From contig JAVCBY010000074.1 of NCBI GenBank assembly GCA_037917625.1, positions 1-28,278 on the forward strand: a stretch of 28,278 nt of DNA, read 5' to 3'. This document shows, one piece after another, positions 26,580-28,278 of this stretch. Numbering within the stretch: position 1 is the first letter of the stretch; the number at the start of each line of letters is the position of its first letter. A program made the position numbers and the translations under genes. Source of the stretch: Thermoproteota archaeon (GTDB lineage Archaea; Korarchaeota; Korarchaeia; Korarchaeales; Korarchaeaceae). The notes beneath the pieces are model-generated. The model did no database searches and had not been told where the DNA came from. It saw only the letters and a program-made list of their open reading frames with translations.

Positions 26580-27290
26580 TCATATGTAAGATAGCAATCC
26601 AACTAACAGGAAGATGTTCGATACGAGCCACGTAACTAGCGACGCTACTGCAGCTCTCACCCGCGTCATCCCATACCCTCTAGTGTAAGAGAGCAGGAGC
26701 ACTAAGAGGAACCAAATTGAGATTACTAGCTCTAAGATAGATTCTTGGAGGAATATCTCCCAAGGAACATTAGTATTGAAATTCATTTGAGGTCCTATCT
26801 CGATGACCCATTTCGCAGTAGGTAAGGAAAGCCCAAGTATTGCTAGCAATATCCCGTAAACTATGGATGGGAGGCTCCTAAGACCAGCCAAAGCTATCCC
26901 TGATGAGAGACTCCCCTTCCTCATGAACAATCTCACTATTAAAAATATTACGACTCCTGAGATTATTCCAGCTAATAACTCGCTGAAGAGAGACTCTATG
27001 AAAATAATTAGCGGGTTTTTCAGCATTAAATCCATTATACCTTTCATGAGTTGTAGAGTCTCCACCGGGAGCTCCTCCGATGCCCTTATCTCAATGATAA
27101 GTTTGCTCATGATGAGCCAGTTGCCCAATGCTTGGAAAAGAGAGCTTATTATCGTAGCCAGGAGCCAGTATTTGAGTTTTGGGGATGATATAATTGCTGA
27201 GAAGATCCTATTTGATAGTATTGCAGGTTGGAGGATGTAGTCCTTGAATGAATATTCCTCAATAGGGGCTTCCTCTATCTCGAACCCCAT
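26580..27290 (-). CDS. Yip1-domain-like multi-pass membrane protein
   Basis: About five hydrophobic segments, N-terminal IL.P...F..I and C-terminal YGMT..RA pattern. SD GGAGGGA 6 nt before ATG27290. Confidence 0.65.
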   Translation of the reverse strand: MGFEIEEAPIEEYSFKDYILQPAILSNRIFSAIISSPKLKYWLLATIISSLFQALGNWLIMSKLIIEIRASEELPVETLQLMKGIMDLMLKNPLIIFIESLFSELLAGIISGVVIFLIVRLFMRKGSLSSGIALAGLRSLPSIVYGILLAILGLSLPTAKWVIEIGPQMNFNTNVPWEIFLQESILELVISIWFLLVLLLSYTRGYGMTRVRAAVASLVTWLVSNIFLLVGLLSYI

Positions 27291-27394
27291 CACATATCCC
27301 TCCTCACTCTCAGCGTCACACAATATATAACTAGTTAAATCGGAGCGCCCACCGGAGGGAAAAATTTATTTTCCCTCACAGCCTACAATTCGGC

Positions 27395-27460
27395 GGGGCG
27401 ATGATAGGAACGAACATCAACGAAACTAAGGGATGTAGTTCCCAGCTCACACTGAGCCCC
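27395..27460 (+). ncRNA. Box C/D guide sRNA; predicted target 23S rRNA PTC region (E. coli A2577 equivalent)
   Basis: Terminal stem GGGGC/GCCCC, variant C box ATGATAG (27401-27407) and D box CTGA (27452-27455). Guide CCCAGCTCAC (27441-27450) is the reverse complement of GUGAGCUGGG. TATA-like TTTATTTT at 27365-27372. Confidence 0.8.
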
Positions 27461-27498
27461 CATAATATTTATTAATTCAAGGAGTGGAAAAAGCAAGA

Positions 27499-27599
27499 GC
27501 CGGGGTAGCTCAGCCTGGTTTGAGCGCCGGACTCATAAGTGGGTAGGGCCCCGGCGCTGGGAGATCCGGAGGTCCCGGGTTCAAATCCCGGCCCCGGCA
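27499..27599 (+). tRNA. Elongator tRNA-Met(CAU) with a 26-nt intron at the canonical 37/38 position (intron 27538-27563)
   Basis: Acceptor stem GCCGGGG/CCCCGGC; anticodon stem CCGGA/TCCGG; CAT at 27534-27536. BHB: CTCA (27532-35) pairs with TGGG (27558-61), with bulges TAA and AGA. G1-C72 and no triple G-C anticodon stem argue against initiator. Confidence 0.93.
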
Positions 27600-27640
27600 T
27601 AAAATATTATTATTTGAGCCCTGACTTATGAGTGATAAAT

Positions 27641-28278
27641 ATGGAATCTCTAATCCCGCTACTATCATTTCCGCCTCCAGCTTACGGGCTCCTGATATTC
27701 GCGTTAGCGCTCATTCTCTCCTCAATTAAACCTGAATATAAGTCCCTAATATTTATATCATCTTTCGCGGTAATAGTTAATATATATTCGCTAAATATAG
27801 AGAAAATATTCATAGAAAGAAAGGAAATCATAAAGATTGTATCGGCAGTTTTCGGCCTCGAGGTACTATCAGCGATCCTGAGCAAGGGGAGGTTCTACGA
27901 GCTGATATCCCTCAAGATCCCAGGGAAGCTAAGATCCCCGAATGGGATATTTATAACGATGAATTTACTAACGGCATTACTATCAGCGATCCTGAGCAAC
28001 GTTTTAGTCCTCTCCTATATGGTTTTAATAGCTATAAAACTGTCTGAATGTACCCCGGAATTCGATCCCGGGGACTTAGTTGCCTCTCTCATAATCTCCT
28101 CTAATTTGGGTTCGATAGCCACATTCATGGGAGATATATCCAATATAATAGTTGGAGTCTACGGTAACATAAGTTTTCTAGACTTCCTATCCGTTGCTGC
28201 GCCCATAGCGAGCTTATCGACCCTTCTCTCACTTTCAATACTTTTCATCCTAGTGAGAAGGGGTAGAAGGTTTTACTG
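27641..28278 (+). CDS. ArsB/NhaD/CitM (SLC13-like) ion-transporter permease, N-terminal part (runs off the window; absent from the ORF track)
   Basis: Open frame from ATG27641 (MESLIPLLSF...) to the window end. Very hydrophobic, with LSAILSN and SSNLGSIATFMGDISNIIVG...ISFLDF. Confidence 0.82.
   Translation, partial: MESLIPLLSFPPPAYGLLIFALALILSSIKPEYKSLIFISSFAVIVNIYSLNIEKIFIERKEIIKIVSAVFGLEVLSAILSKGRFYELISLKIPGKLRSPNGIFITMNLLTALLSAILSNVLVLSYMVLIAIKLSECTPEFDPGDLVASLIISSNLGSIATFMGDISNIIVGVYGNISFLDFLSVAAPIASLSTLLSLSILFILVRRGRRFY
27864..27999 (+). repeat. Perfect 22-bp direct repeat TACTATCAGCGATCCTGAGCAA (27864-27885 and 27978-27999)
   Basis: Read directly from the sequence. The copies are 114 bp apart, in frame, and both encode LSAILS. 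Confidence 0.9.

Noticed and set aside
27408-27425. Second guide in sRNA2 (CGAACA) against the 23S A-loop UGUUCG (U2552 region)
   Set aside because: Only 6 nt match, the flanks do not fit the helix 92 sequence I recall, and there is no clear D' box at the right distance.
27499-27599. Alternative identity as initiator tRNA-Met or tRNA-Ile2(CAU)
   Set aside because: It lacks A1-U72 and the three G-C anticodon-stem pairs of the initiator. The GCCGGGG acceptor stem with a 37/38 intron fits archaeal elongator Met better than Ile2, though this is not formally proven.
1184-27885. About 30 short ORFs in the track that are antisense to or nested in the genes above (e.g. 1184-1393, 5228-5569, 8945-9328, 25197-25661, 26863-27240, 27682-27885)
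   Set aside because: They are shadow frames of well-supported genes, mostly Ser/Ile/Pro-rich and without recognisable motifs.
1-28278. CRISPR array, IS element or rRNA
   Set aside because: No regularly spaced repeats, transposase motifs or rRNA sequence were seen. The only long exact repeat is the two-copy intragenic 22-mer.

Overview
This is a gene-dense archaeal core-genome window. It shows GGAGGTG/GGGGGTG ribosome-binding sites, TATA/BRE promoters, tRNAs without encoded CCA and a BHB intron; it reads like a hyperthermophilic TACK archaeon such as Korarchaeum, which is my inference only. Contents in order: a partial DUF2070 gene, tRNA-Lys(UUU), a degenerate HEPN gene, a MacB/LolD-type ABC exporter with a COG1361 surface protein, hisS, a PD-(D/E)xK nuclease and trpB2. 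Next come a carbamoyltransferase plus carbamate kinase pair divergent from a LIV-type ABC importer, a fused aconitase X, an M42 peptidase, SIS/HAD/coaD genes and a 2-oxoacid:ferredoxin oxidoreductase operon. The window ends with rhomboid, class II aldolase, nucleotide-sugar dehydrogenase, polyprenyl synthase and Yip1 genes, an intron-containing tRNA-Met and a partial ArsB/NhaD-type permease. No CRISPR array, transposase or integrase was seen. The main finds lie outside the ORF track: (1) a 7-codon Trp-containing leader ORF with its own SD and an SD-sequestering hairpin upstream of trpB2, a candidate archaeal translational attenuator; (2) two box C/D sRNAs whose guides match conserved 23S rRNA sites (E. 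coli C1920 and A2577 equivalents) and which carry a hairpin where C'/D' should be; (3) an OTC-like enzyme lacking the ornithine-binding Asp; (4) a fused AcnX; (5) probable ATA and CTG start codons.
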